Source: Hydrurus foetidus (taxonomy: Eukaryota). Taken from it: a stretch of 37,699 nt of DNA. A program made the translations under genes and the position numbers. The stretch covers positions 1-37,699 of the forward strand of contig UYFQ01000040.1 in the NCBI GenBank assembly GCA_900617105.1. The letters run 5' to 3'. The notes under the pieces were generated by a model that saw only the letters and a list, made by a program, of their open reading frames with translations, searched no databases and was not told where the DNA came from. This document shows positions 10,201 to 21,849 of the stretch, one piece after another (the first letter of the stretch is position 1; each line of letters opens with the position of its first letter).

Positions 10201-12626
10201 AGTGCGAAAATGCAATATTTTGATTTACTTCCCAATCTGATTTTACTATTCGCGTGCACTGAAAACGGTAAACAAGAACAGTAAAAAATAAAAGTGAAGA
10301 ATTATGGCGAAATGACGGTAAAACAAAAATCACATGAAAAATTTTATTTTCTATTTTTTATTTATTGAACTAACCTTACTTCCTCGCAAATTTTAAGAAA
10401 TCTCATCAAAATATTGTCCGGTGGATTAGAACCATCAATGAAATATAAATCAACATGTGCAATGCCGTGTGATGTAAAACTTCTGCACTCATAATATTTT
10501 TTATTTAATCTCACAACTAATTTTACATTTTTCTTTTTAAAATATTGTATGTAATCTTCTGGTTTAAGGTTTGGATAGCCATTAGGACAAGACTCATTGC
10601 TTGAATGGGGACCGGCAAACGCGATGAATTTATCATCTATACACCAATTCAAATCTCCATTTTCAACCTGTGTTTTTTCATTTCGTATAACATTTTATTT
10701 GCCATTTTATTCATGTAATGTTTTATAAAATGAAGACGATGTTCATCATAAAATATAAAATATAAAACAGTGTATAAAATGCAGTGCACTTATGATATTT
10801 ATTAAGATGTTAATAGAAATTTAAATTAATTAACGTCATCTTTAACATCTGCAATAATACGACAATGAAACGTAACAAAAAAAAAGAGAGTAAAAAAGTA
10901 GAACATTTTTCAACTCACACGGCTTAACAGTGGAAGGCAAATTATTTCCAGCGGGAAAACGTGGTAAAAAGAAAGCAAGCAAGAAAGGAAGGAAGGAAAG
11001 GAAGGAAAGAAAGAAAGAAAGAAAGAAAGAAAGAAAAAAAAAGAAAGAAAGAAAGCGAAATGTTCAATTCAAATGACCCTCAGATCGGAAGAATCCGAAT
11101 TGTCTTGCCTTGTATAATCCTTTTAAAGTGTCTAATACAGTGAGTAAAAAAGAACAATGGCTTGGTGTGGCATCATGCTGAAGAAAAGGAAGAAAAGAAA
11201 AAAGGGAGCGATAGTTAGAATTAATACAGCGGAAAGAAAAAGAAAAGAAAAAAATGTGATGAAAATTAGGAAGTGAAAAATGCGAGCATGAGTGACTTTG
11301 CTTTAATTGATTTAATTTGGAAAGGATGATAGCAAAAGAAGTTGCGGGAGAATTATGGAGAAAGTGTTACACTGCAGTATTGATACAACAATTCAATTCA
11401 ATAAGTGTTACACTCCAAAAATAATTTCAGATATTGGTTAATAATTCAACAAGTGTTACACTCTAAAAACGAAATAAGAAAACCTAATAGTACTTAACAG
11501 TAGAAACAAACGTTTCAAATCACGTGGTGTAGAGATCATTAATGTTCCACACCATCTGTAATTCCATTATGAAATGTTACAATTGCACACTATTGTAGAA
11601 GGAAATACATCATACCACACTAAATATTGATAGCGGATGTGTAATTGTGTGATAAGAACTCCTCGTATAAATGTTGAGATGCTGTACGTTCTCTTCATGT
11701 ACTAAAATGAAAAGATTAAAATCTAGAAGTATTACGGGAGCAGAATAAAATGGTTCCTGTTTAGTATGGGGGCCCATACTAAACAGGAACCATTTTATTT
11801 TGCTCCCGTAATATCTTACTAGTAAAAGAACACATCGATTCTAACTTCTTAAACTCTTATCTTATTCAGTATTCGTTCTGCTACAATGGATGAATAAATT
11901 TCGAGTAAGATGGGATGCGCATGAAAATGCATAGGTCGTTTACGATGTATCACTAAAACAGAATAAAATGTCCGAAATACAGATTGAAAACAGGTTTGAG
12001 CGCAGTTGAAATCACCATTTCATTTAGACCACGAAATCGTGTGTATTCTAGAAGACTCAATTCTGTTTTGGCAATGAAGGTGTTGATTTTTGCAGATGTG
12101 TCAAGGAGGTACAGAAAGGAAAACAGGAAAAGAAAACAGGAAGAAAGAGCAACAGTTTCTGTTGCATCTTAACTACAAGAAATCAATTTACACCTACAAT
12201 TCAATTAAAATGCATTTAAGGATGCATGGTACTGACCCAAGGAGTAAAACATGCGCCAACGTCCTTGAATGGTTTGTAGGATTCCTCAGGTGACATGTTA
12301 AAGAATATCATTGCCCAGGAACATATCAAAAAAGCTGCGTTCGTTTTCTCATGTGGATGGGTGCCGGAATAGAAATATATTATCTTGTCTTTTAGCGATG
12401 GATCGGCTAATCGGCTGTTTAATATGATAAAGAATTTGTGCAAATGCCCAAGATTTAAAGGTCCAAAATCGAGATAAAAGTTCCAGTAGATCAATTCTTG
12501 ATCGATAGAGAAAAAATGTTTGTTTCCCCACGTTGACATCAATGGTAATGCTGATAAAGCGACATAATAGAGTCGATCTGGTAGGAATTCCACCCTCTGC
12601 CTAATTTCTCTTTCACTGTAAGCCAT
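7214..12626 (-). CDS. CDC14: CDC14 dual-specificity phosphatase. Exons: 12237-12626, ~11078-11177 (3' end damaged), 10375-10667, 9785-9881, 9470-9544, 8156-8509, 7655-7692, 7214-7409
   Basis: N-terminal domain [37 protein letters not shown]; catalytic [27 protein letters not shown]-terminal TQGDLLR motif split over the last intron. GT-AG boundaries have compatible phases for all introns except the one after exon 2. An extra small exon between 9470 and 8509 cannot be excluded. Confidence 0.95.
7720..8020. repeat. 13-bp minisatellite (GTTAAATTAYAAT)n in a CDC14 intron
   Basis: About 23 tandem, slightly variant copies. Confidence 0.95.
11730..11813. repeat. 84-bp near-perfect palindrome in CDC14 intron 1 (TIR-only mini-MITE)
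   Basis: 41-bp arms TATTACGGGAGCAGAATAAAATGGTTCCTGTTTAGTATGGG with one mismatch, 2-nt centre, TA at both ends. Confidence 0.9.
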
Positions 12627-13012
12627 TGTGTATCTTTTGAAACACGCTCAAGAAATCCCAAGTTCATATGGAAAGGTAAGAAGCACTAGTTATATCCCAA
12701 TCGCAGGAATCTCACGCAAGCCTCGCAATGCTGGCGTGGAGTTCCATTATAGGATATTTTGGCAGGGGCATATAATATACAGGTTGAATCATGCCGTTTC
12801 TATTCGTCGACATTTACAATGCACGACAAGTGACGAGCTGCCTCCAGTTGGAGTTGAAATGAAATACCAAATGTTGCAAGTGAAGAAATCCGGGCCTTTT
12901 CGGCCAATATCGGCCAGCTTCAGTTTTCCAGTTTTCCACCAAGGGGGTATTGAGAAAGGGAGGGGGCGGCTCTCGGACTCAGGCCAGCGTAAAATTTTCT
13001 CACATGCCTCTC

Positions 13013-15643
13013 CAAGCCTATCAAAATAGACATTGCAATTAAATTGCAATGTTATTTATCACCAAAATTAATCACTGCAATTAGTTGATGTCACCTTGCA
13101 ATTATTGCACCTTTATGCAATTAATTGCAATTAATTGCTGAAGTCACAATAATTGCAATGATTGGTCAGACTAATTATTTAATACAATTATTGGGAAATA
13201 ATTGCACGTACTGAACCTTCGTTAGCTCCCCACTGTTTGATGTTTAACGTTACTTTATTTATACGTTACTCCGTTGATGCGTTACTTTGTAATACGTTAA
13301 TTCATTCACACTACATTTCATGCCAATCAAATCCGAAGTGTTATGCTCACTATCTACTTAACTAAACTGCTCGAGCGATTCAATATCACAGCCGTCGTTC
13401 ACGCGCATTGCACACAATAAATTCGCTTTCAATCTTAAATGAAAGCGAATTCATCGTCACTGAAATCATCATCCTCCATGTCCTCCTCATGACCATCCCC
13501 CTCATCAGCGATCTCGTTGTCCTCCATCTCGAGCAGCTCAGCGTCATTGTCGGCAGCGACAAAAACGTTCTGATGATCGATCATATTCTCAGCGTCAAGT
13601 TCAGCTATAAAAGCTCCTAACCAATTGGGATCATCTACCACTTCCTCTTCAGCGGCTTCATCTAGTAGATTGAGGGGGAGGGGAACAATTGGGGCGGGTT
13701 TCCGACGAGGATTAGTGCGGCATTTGTAGACCAACCTCTCATCCCAGAGCTCTCTGTTGCATTTGAGGAACATAACAAGTTCGAAGTGGGCCTGGGTCAT
13801 ACTCTTTCTGTCTTCCCTCCACACTTTTCTTGATAAAGAAAACAAGCGCTCGCAGACATTTGTGTCAGGCTTCACAAAAGCTGTATTGATATACTTCGTC
13901 ATAACGATGACAGGAATTTCTTGGCGGGCTCTTTTGACAAGTGCTTCATAACTGTCAACCTCGCCGACTTCAGCTTGCGCTACCTCCCCAATCAGAGGAT
14001 CTACCAGGAAAGCTTCCAATGAAGTCTTTTCCTCCACGCTGAGGTTTGGCTCTTTGTTGCTCTGGACCTTAACGATCGCACTCTCAAATGGTCTCCAGAG
14101 ATAGTCCGTGAAGTTTGGTCCAAGTTTGCTCTCAGTCGATGGATACTTGTCGGCTAGGAAGTTCAGCGCGTACCTCGCATCGTAGAGATTACTATCCGCC
14201 TTCTGCAATCCTTTCGACACCATTTCGAATTTCTTGAGTTCATCGAAAAGTCCGATCAATCTGGCATCTTGGAGTGGTGATGAAAGGAGCATGAGGATAG
14301 CGTTCAAGGTTGTGCAAGGTTGCACAGCCAGGAACGGTCGAATTGCCAGGTATTGTTTAATCATCCTGAACGTTCCATTCCACCGTATTTCATGTTGCCT
14401 AACAGGTCGCAACTTGCACCCTCCTCCTCTCAATATACCGCAGTTTTTCTTGGAGGACAGTGCCACCATCAACGAATTGACCAATGCCAACTCTGTCTGA
14501 AAAGGACGGAGGAATATCTTCACTCCTAGATTCAACCTGTGCGAATAGCACCCCAGGAACGGTTTCCCTGCTCTCCTCGCAATTGCTAGGTTCGTTTCTG
14601 TGTTATCACCCATAATCACTGCAACATTGTCCCAACTTTTGCCGATATTTGCTAAAAACTGACCGAGTGTCTCTATATGACTATCAGCACCGAAATCGTC
14701 GAAGCGATTGAGAGGAGCCAATCTCAAGAGAAATGTTCTCACACACGACCTTACTGAGTCGAACCAGTTCAGAAAGACGCCACAGTAATTTGTCGACAAC
14801 CCATTGTCCCACCCGTCGAATAGAATCCCGAAACGGTCGGGTAACAAATTTCCGAGTACCTCTTCAACCTCGTAGCCCAACTGGTCCATATTAGTAATGT
14901 ATATTTGCTGATGGGATCACTCTTTGAGTACTTCCTTGTCGTTGGTTTCTCAACGAAACTAAACGGCAGATTCTCTGTAATCACCCAATCTATCCAACCG
15001 AAGATGTTGCGACTGATCTTGTCTACAACGATGTGGTTTCTCATGTCTTGTATACCCATGTCTTGTTGAGCATAAATGGAGTCATAGTCGGGTATACAAT
15101 CCTTTAGATGGTTTCTGAGGTTGGTGAAACCGGAATTAAAATTCACTGTAAATGCGTTCTTAGCTCTGTAGCACTCTCTGTTAGCAACCTCCCGACAACG
15201 GCACTTGTAAACATTTTTCTTCTTCCCTCCATCGATAAAATCTGCTCCTTTTGAGAAGAAGAAGGCTATCAAGTCCTTGTCAAACATGGTCGAAGAAATC
15301 TTCTTCTTTCAGATTCTTCTTTTTGTTATCGGCAACGAGCGACCTATGATTGATTTGATGTCGATGTTGCCGAAATGTGCCTCGTAAGCCTCTCTATTTG
15401 AACCATTTGATGCAATTGAGAGCAACTATTCCAATTAATTGCAATTCAAATACGAATTAATTGCACAATAATTGGTGAATAATTGCAGAATAATTGCAGA
15501 TTTTAAGCAATTAACATTGCAATTAATTGCAATTAATTGATAATTGCATATCCTGTTCGAATTGTCAAAATTAATAATTGTCAGAAAATAATTGCAATGA
15601 TTTTCAATAATTGCTGCCAGCAATTATTGATTTGATAGGCTTG
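13013..15643 (-). mobile_element. hAT DNA transposon, full length (2631 bp)
   Basis: 13-bp TIR CAAGCCTATCAAA; perfect 8-bp TSD TGCCTCTC (13005-13012, 15644-15651); many subterminal AATTGC/GCAATT motifs at both ends; encodes a transposase. Confidence 0.95.
13435..15287 (-). CDS. hAT transposase, split by one frameshift near 14890
   Basis: BED-like finger (YKCRC..SGFTNLRNHL), LPFSFVE, catalytic LFDGW and GDN, CYSHRLNL (CxxH), IRWN, and the dimerisation motif TNVCERLFS..R.SM...FE..MFLKCN. Confidence 0.92.
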
Positions 15644-17032
15644 TGCCTCTCGCTCAACATCCAACTACCATCCTGCTGAAGAGCCACTCATATACTATTC
15701 AAATTGCTACTGATGACCTGCCGCTATCAAACGGTGGACCGGTTACTAGATCATGCCGGTAAGTGCAAGTGTCATAAGTAAAGCTGCCTTTTTGGAGTCG
15801 CAGGTTGTGCAAAATTAATTGTTCGGCTCATCTCAAAAATGTTCCTCATACCGAGGGATATGTCTGGGCAACATTTCACCTTGACCTTGAAATTAAATCT
15901 GTCAAACTTTTGCAGCTTGGATAATCTCATTCGAATAATCTGGGTCCGTCATGCAATTCTTAAAGAAAGAAAGAAAGCAATTTCTCCGTTGATACATGAA
16001 CTCATTGCAATTGAATAAATCTTGGATGGTGCTTTTCACGATGCCATTCTTCTCAAAAAATACACTGTAATCTAAAACTCGCATGGCAGAAGTTAATGCA
16101 GAACCGATATGTTGAGTTGATATCAAGGTTGTAAACTTTGACAAAGAAATGAGAATTGAGTTGGTAGAGTGAGTAAGACAATCGCGAGAAGACGAAAAAA
16201 TGAAAAGGGCGAGTCCCAGAGCCGCCCCCTCTCTTTTTAATACCCCCTTGTTTCCACGTCATCTTTTTTCTTTTTCTAGTACATTTGGGTTTCTCCGGCC
16301 ACTCTGGATCTTGTACGTAGGAATCAGATGCTTCCGAAAAATTTGTCAGATGTTATTTTCGGAACGATTCAGATCGCGGAGTCGGCGAAATATCATCTGA
16401 ACAACAATCAACATCATCTCTCAGACATAATTCGATACTCAAACGTTGTCCACCAGACCAGAGAATCCGGCTCCACCCACTATACCTAGGATCAATTTGT
16501 CGGACAATTTGGATTCAGCTCGAACGAGGCCAAATTGATGCCACGGTGAGATCGGAGGCGAACTATTTTAAGTGTGTCATGAAAAATGTGAATTTTGAAA
16601 TCAAGCAATCCTCTAATCGGTCCAGTTTTTGATCTACTCTATGTACAGGCTACTTAAATTCAGAACTATTGAGCGCAGGAGACCAAAGACTTCTTTTGGA
16701 CACACTCCGAAAAACGGTGTGTCGTCTGTTTTTGATTGAAATTTCAGGAAGTTCTACCGAACCATTGATGGTGCATTTCGTTAGAACGATATCAGCTTCT
16801 GAACAGATTGCATTTCAAATCATACATGCAGGATGCCTCGAATCAGCGTCGTCGTCTTCCCAGTCAAGAGCTAGCGCATACAAATAGTCTTTTCGGGAGT
16901 TGAATCAACTCAACGAGCATAGTTAATAGTGAGTTCATCATTCTGAGTCAAACTGAATCAAACAATCATAGCAAAAATATCAATTGTTTTATCAATCCAA
17001 CGGTAGAGTACTTAAATGCCGCCCAATTTTTT

Positions 17033-20000
17033 ATGCCAACAGAGAAAAACGTAAGACCATTTTTTGGTGACAAAAGTTACAATTCTTTAATGAAGCTGCA
17101 AAATTCTTATATCCTCACTCTTATATTAAATGTTATCAAAATTTCAGACTTTGAATATGAATATTGGATCGTTCGGTTTAAATCGAACGGGATATGGAGG
17201 ATCGGGTCGGGAGAACAATTATAATTCTGCTAGAAATTACTTTGTTCAGTATTTAAAAAGTGATTACGTAAAGCTCATGTCGGAAGAAGAGTATGCTGAT
17301 TTAGAGACGTGGGTTGCCAAAACCCCAAGTGCCAAAGATGCACTGTGTGACATCGAAGTCATTCAGCAGTTTGCCTCGTGGCTATGCCACTTTGCTAAAA
17401 AGTCAGAGAAGCAGTACGATGGGGAGCCTCTGGGGCTCCGGAACATACAAGACATGCTCAGCAGCATCAAGTCAGTATCCAACAAGATTTTCGCAAAGAG
17501 CAGTATATTTGGCGGTGGCGTGGATCAGCTGTGGTATATGAATCTAAGGGCGAAGTCTTTACAGGAAATCATTCGTAAAGATATGAAGCGTGGAGTACTT
17601 TCATCAAACAAATCGAAGCCCATCGGAAGGGAACAGCTTAAAAGTGTAAACGAGACATTATTATCAATGAACTCCTATGCTGCAATCAGAAAAGCTGTTT
17701 ACGTCGGAACGACATTTAATTCAGCCGGAAGATCTGGGGAAGCCGCGTACACTTGCATCGATGATGGAGCATATTGGGATTATGATGAGAAAAAATTCTA
17801 TATCAGCCAGAAAGAAATAAAGGTTGGAGAAGAGAAAAATAACAATTACGTATCAGATTCAAAGTACTATGTCTTAGATAAGTACTGGTTATTTTTTATC
17901 TATTACATAACGGGGGGAGGAACGCAGTTCATTGGGCCAAACAACAGTCATGGAAACTTCGTATTCCCAGAGCTTTACGACAAAGATAGCAGATCTAAAG
18001 GAGCAGCTTCAACTTATGTATCTACGATACTTAAAGATCTTATGCCTACAAAAGGCAACGAGGGGAAAGTGGTCGCACCTCTCCTGTGGGATAGAGCAGT
18101 AACAGGAACGAGTTTACGACTTGGCGCAGCGAGAATCATGGTGAGGAAAATCAAGTTGCAAGCAGTTGTTGCAAAGACGGGCCACGATATGAGAGGATCT
18201 CGCGAGTCTTCGGTATGGGAATACATGATGGCGACGACTACTTGTTAGGACAAGGAGCCGCTGCATTAGCCGGGTGGGCGCACCCCGAAAATCCGGTATA
18301 CACTCCAACCCTAAATCCTGTACTGAACGAGGGTAACGTCAAGAAGTTCATGAATCTATGCTCCCTCTTACTTGATCACGGATTCCCTCTCACGAAAGCC
18401 CCGAACATAAAGGGACTTATCACAACAATGCTTGCAACATTCATCATGTATCTATCGGAGTTCAAAAATGACTGTTGCAGTACGTACGCAACGGTCCCTG
18501 GCCAACAGAATCAGATCTTAGCACTGTTTGAGGAAAAGATCAAAGGTATATTTACTTTTGATGAATGCTTAGTATTTGGAAGATTGATTAGAGATGAGTG
18601 GGAACAGCGCAACAGCACATCTTTTAGCGCACTAATACATTAGTAAACAGCCTTGATGTGAAGATATCGACAATGTTAGACCTCTTCTCGAAGCGTGGCG
18701 GTAGCGCATCAGTACCCACTCAGTTCATTGGGCTAAACAACAGTCATGGAAACTTCGTATTCCCAGAGCTTTACGACAAAGATAGCAGATCTAAAGGAGC
18801 AGCTTCAACTTATGTATCTACGATACTTAAAGATCTTATGCCTACAAAAGGCAACGAGGGGAAAGTGGTCGCACCTCTCCTGTGGGATAGCGCAGTAACA
18901 GGAACGAGTTTACGACTTGGCGCAGCGAGAATCATGGTGAGGAAAATCAAGTTGCAAGCAGTTGTTGCAAAGACGGGCCACGATATGAGAGGATCTCGCG
19001 AGTCTTCGGTATGGGAATACATGATGGCGACGACTACTTGTTAGGACAAGGAGCCGCTGCATTAGCCGGGTGGGCGCACCCCGAAAATCCGGTATACACT
19101 CCAACCCTAAATCCTGTACTGAACGAGGGTAACGTCAAGAAGTTCATGAATCTATGCTCCCTCTTACTTGATCACGGATTCCCTCTCACGAAAGCCCCGA
19201 ACATAAAGGGACTTATCACAACAATGCTTGCAACATTCATCATGTATCTATCGGAGTTCAAAAATGACTGTTGCAGTACGTACGCAACGGTCCCTGGCCA
19301 ACAGAATCAGATCTTAGCACTGTTTGAGGAAAAGATCAAAGGTATATTTACTTTTGATGAATGCTTAGTATTTGGAAGATTGATTAGAGATGAGTGGGAA
19401 CAGCGCAACAGCACATCTTTTAGCGCACTAATACATTAGTAAACAGCCTTGATGTGAAGATATCGACAATGTTAGACCTCTTCTCGAAGCGTGGCGGTAG
19501 CGCATCAGTACCCACTCAGTTCATTGGGCTAAACAACAGTCATGGAAACTTCGTATTCCCAGAGCTTTACGACAAAGATAGCAGATCTAAAGGAGCAGCT
19601 TCAACTTATGTATCTACGATACTTAAAGATCTTATGCCTACAAAAGGCAACGAGGGGAAAGTGGTCGCACCTCTCCTGTGGGATAGCGCAGTAACAGGAA
19701 CGAGTTTACGACTTGGCGCAGCGAGAATCATGGTGAGGAAAATCAAGTTGCAAGCAGTTGTTGCAAAGACGGGCCACGATATGAGAGGATCTCGCGAGTC
19801 TTCGGTATGGGAATACATGATGGCGACGACTACTTGTTAGGACAAGGAGCCGCTGCATTAGCCGGGTGGGCGCACCCCGAAAATCCGGTATACACTCCAA
19901 CCCTAAATCCTGTACTGAACGAGGGTAACGTCAAGAAGTTCATGAATCTATGCTCCCTCTTACTTGATCACGGATTCCCTCTCACGAAAGCCCCGAACAT

Positions 20001-21147
20001 AAAGGGACTTATCACAACAATGCTTGCAACATTCATCATGTATCTATCGGAGTTCAAAAATGACTGTTGCAGTACGTACGCGACGGTCCCTGGCCAACAG
20101 AATCAGATCTTAGCACTGTTTGAGGAAAAGATCAAAGGTATATTTACTTTTGATGAATGCTTAGTATTTGGAAGATTGATTAGAGATGAGTGGGAACAGC
20201 GCAACAGCACATCCTCTGTCCCCGACAGTGAGGGTCTGCAATTATCATTAGAGCGTATGCAGACGGAATGCCTCAAAATTCGCTCAGAAAATCGTGATTT
20301 GAGGTCCCAAGTTACCACCCTAAAGGAGGAGGTTCAGCGCACTAATACATTAGTAAACAGCCTTGATGTGAAGATATCGACAATGTTAGACCTCTTCTCG
20401 AAGCGTGGCGGTAGCTCATCAGTACCCACTCCAGTTAAGCTGTCGGGTAAGCGTCTGTACTTAGAGGAGTGCTCTTCATCACCAGTACTGAATAAGCGGG
20501 TGAGAAGTGAAGACTCGTTCAGTCAAGCAGTCGATGAATTAACGGTAGATGTGCCGTCAGTACCTAGAACTTTTGTACATCAATTTGGAATGGACAGGAA
20601 TAAAGTTGCAGCGCAAGTTACATTGAGTGAGCTATTGCTCTTATCGTTTTCAAAAGGGCTAACATTTAATGCTGCGGAGAAGGGCAAAGGCACTTACCAG
20701 AACTTTCAGTGCTTTTCTGGGAATCCTCCTGTGATACTACGAGCAGATGAGGCTAGGGTGCGGAGCGCATTGACACTGCTGTACAAACATATTGACGATG
20801 CCAGTAAAGCTGCTCTCAGTAAAAGAATGCCAAATGAGAATGTGTCGGAGTGGAATCAACACAAAAACGAGATAGCACGTAAAGTGCAGACAAAAGTCAT
20901 CGACGAGCTCAGCAAAGAGGAGTCGATCACGGCCACCAAATTAAAAGTGAAAGTGCCCAAGCTCTCTGCAAGCACAATCAGCACTGTGATTGGACGGCAT
21001 GATAAGTTCGCATCTGACAAGAGAGTACTTGCAAATGCAAATCAAAAGCTGTCCCTAACCGCTTTCTTATCAGGCCCCACATCATCATCATCAGCATCGT
21101 CGTCATCATCGTCATCATCATCATCATCATCATCTGCGTTTGTCTAA
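17033..21147 (+). mobile_element. Crypton-like tyrosine-recombinase gene; mini exon 1 (17033-17050), intron 17051-17147; frameshift near 18226 and internal triplication; element ends not found
   Basis: Tyrosine recombinase motifs in order: AGRSGEA (Arg), KEIK (Lys), TGTSLRLGAA (HxxR position), KTGH (His/Trp), VWEY (Tyr), followed by DDYLLGQGAAALAGW resembling the Crypton GDQ.VGR.LAG segment. No RT is associated. GTAAG...TTTCAG intron keeps the frame. Confidence 0.78.
17925..20436 (+). repeat. 796-bp tandem triplication inside the recombinase gene (units start at 17925, 18721, 19517)
   Basis: ORF track repeats with period 796; junction microhomology CAGTT; units 1 and 2 lack the 122 bp found at 20214-20335 (replaced by TTTT). 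Confidence 0.97.
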
Positions 21148-21849
21148 TTTATGATCCTTCTCCCCATAATAATCACTTTCATTTTGTATCGTTTCAAGCC
21201 AAGATTATTTTTATGTAGTCGTTGATTTATTTGATGCCATTCAAAGTCTAGTTGTTGATTTATTTGAGCAGAGATTGTTTAATCTATTTGCTGTCGTTCA
21301 AAGTCAAGATTGTTGATCAGTAGCTGTCGATTCTTTAGCAGTGAATCAGCTTTTTTTTGCGTTGATTGTGGTTGTACACCTTAAATGGATTATTTGGAAG
21401 TATGAAATAATTGATTAATTTTTGTGCTAATATTAAGAATACGAATTTATCGCGAAGAAAAAAATTCTGTGCAGTATTCACTTTTGTTTTGCAATTTACT
21501 AAATATTTGAAAAGACTGTACAGCCAGTCTAGCCACTCAAAACTTCCGTCCACTGCGTGGCCGGACGTTTCAATTTTTCAGGGAACGGTACGTAACGAAA
21601 AGCTCGGATGGCCCAGGATCGGATGCCCAGGATTTTCAAATTATCTTGTACTCGTGCACCGGCACTCAGGAAATAATGCCATCCTGAGCCAACCGTTCCT
21701 GAGCTATGCGATTAGCATTAGTAGTTTACTACTCATCCTGTACCCGTGCATCGGCACTCAGGAAAAGACTATAAGAGGAAGTAATAAATTGTGTAGAAGA
21801 TGAAAATCACCTCCAGCTACTTCGTTTCGCAGTCAAAAAGGTTCATTCC

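Larger units (their letters stand above)
12940..16250. mobile_element. Non-autonomous P-element-like DNA transposon (about 670 bp when empty), interrupted by the hAT element
   Basis: About 40-bp imperfect TIRs CAAGGGGGTATT...AGGGGGCGGCTCT-GGACTC at 12940-12980 and 16211-16250; 7-bp TSD TTTCCAC at 12933-12939 and 16251-16257. CANRG termini with a 7-8 bp TSD are typical of the P superfamily (superfamily call is inference). Confidence 0.75.

Noticed and set aside
10248..10259. Possible 12-nt CDC14 micro-exon
   Set aside because: Not needed and phase-incompatible; the GTTAGT donor at 10374 joins exons 3 and 4 as [13 protein letters not shown].
11362..11462. Three spaced palindromic AAGTGTTACACT motifs, superficially CRISPR-like
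   Set aside because: Only 12-19 bp, uneven spacing, inside a eukaryotic intron, no cas genes; probably a decayed minisatellite.
18215..18250. Programmed ribosomal frameshift in the recombinase gene
   Set aside because: No slippery heptamer; a 1-nt deletion predating the triplication is simpler.
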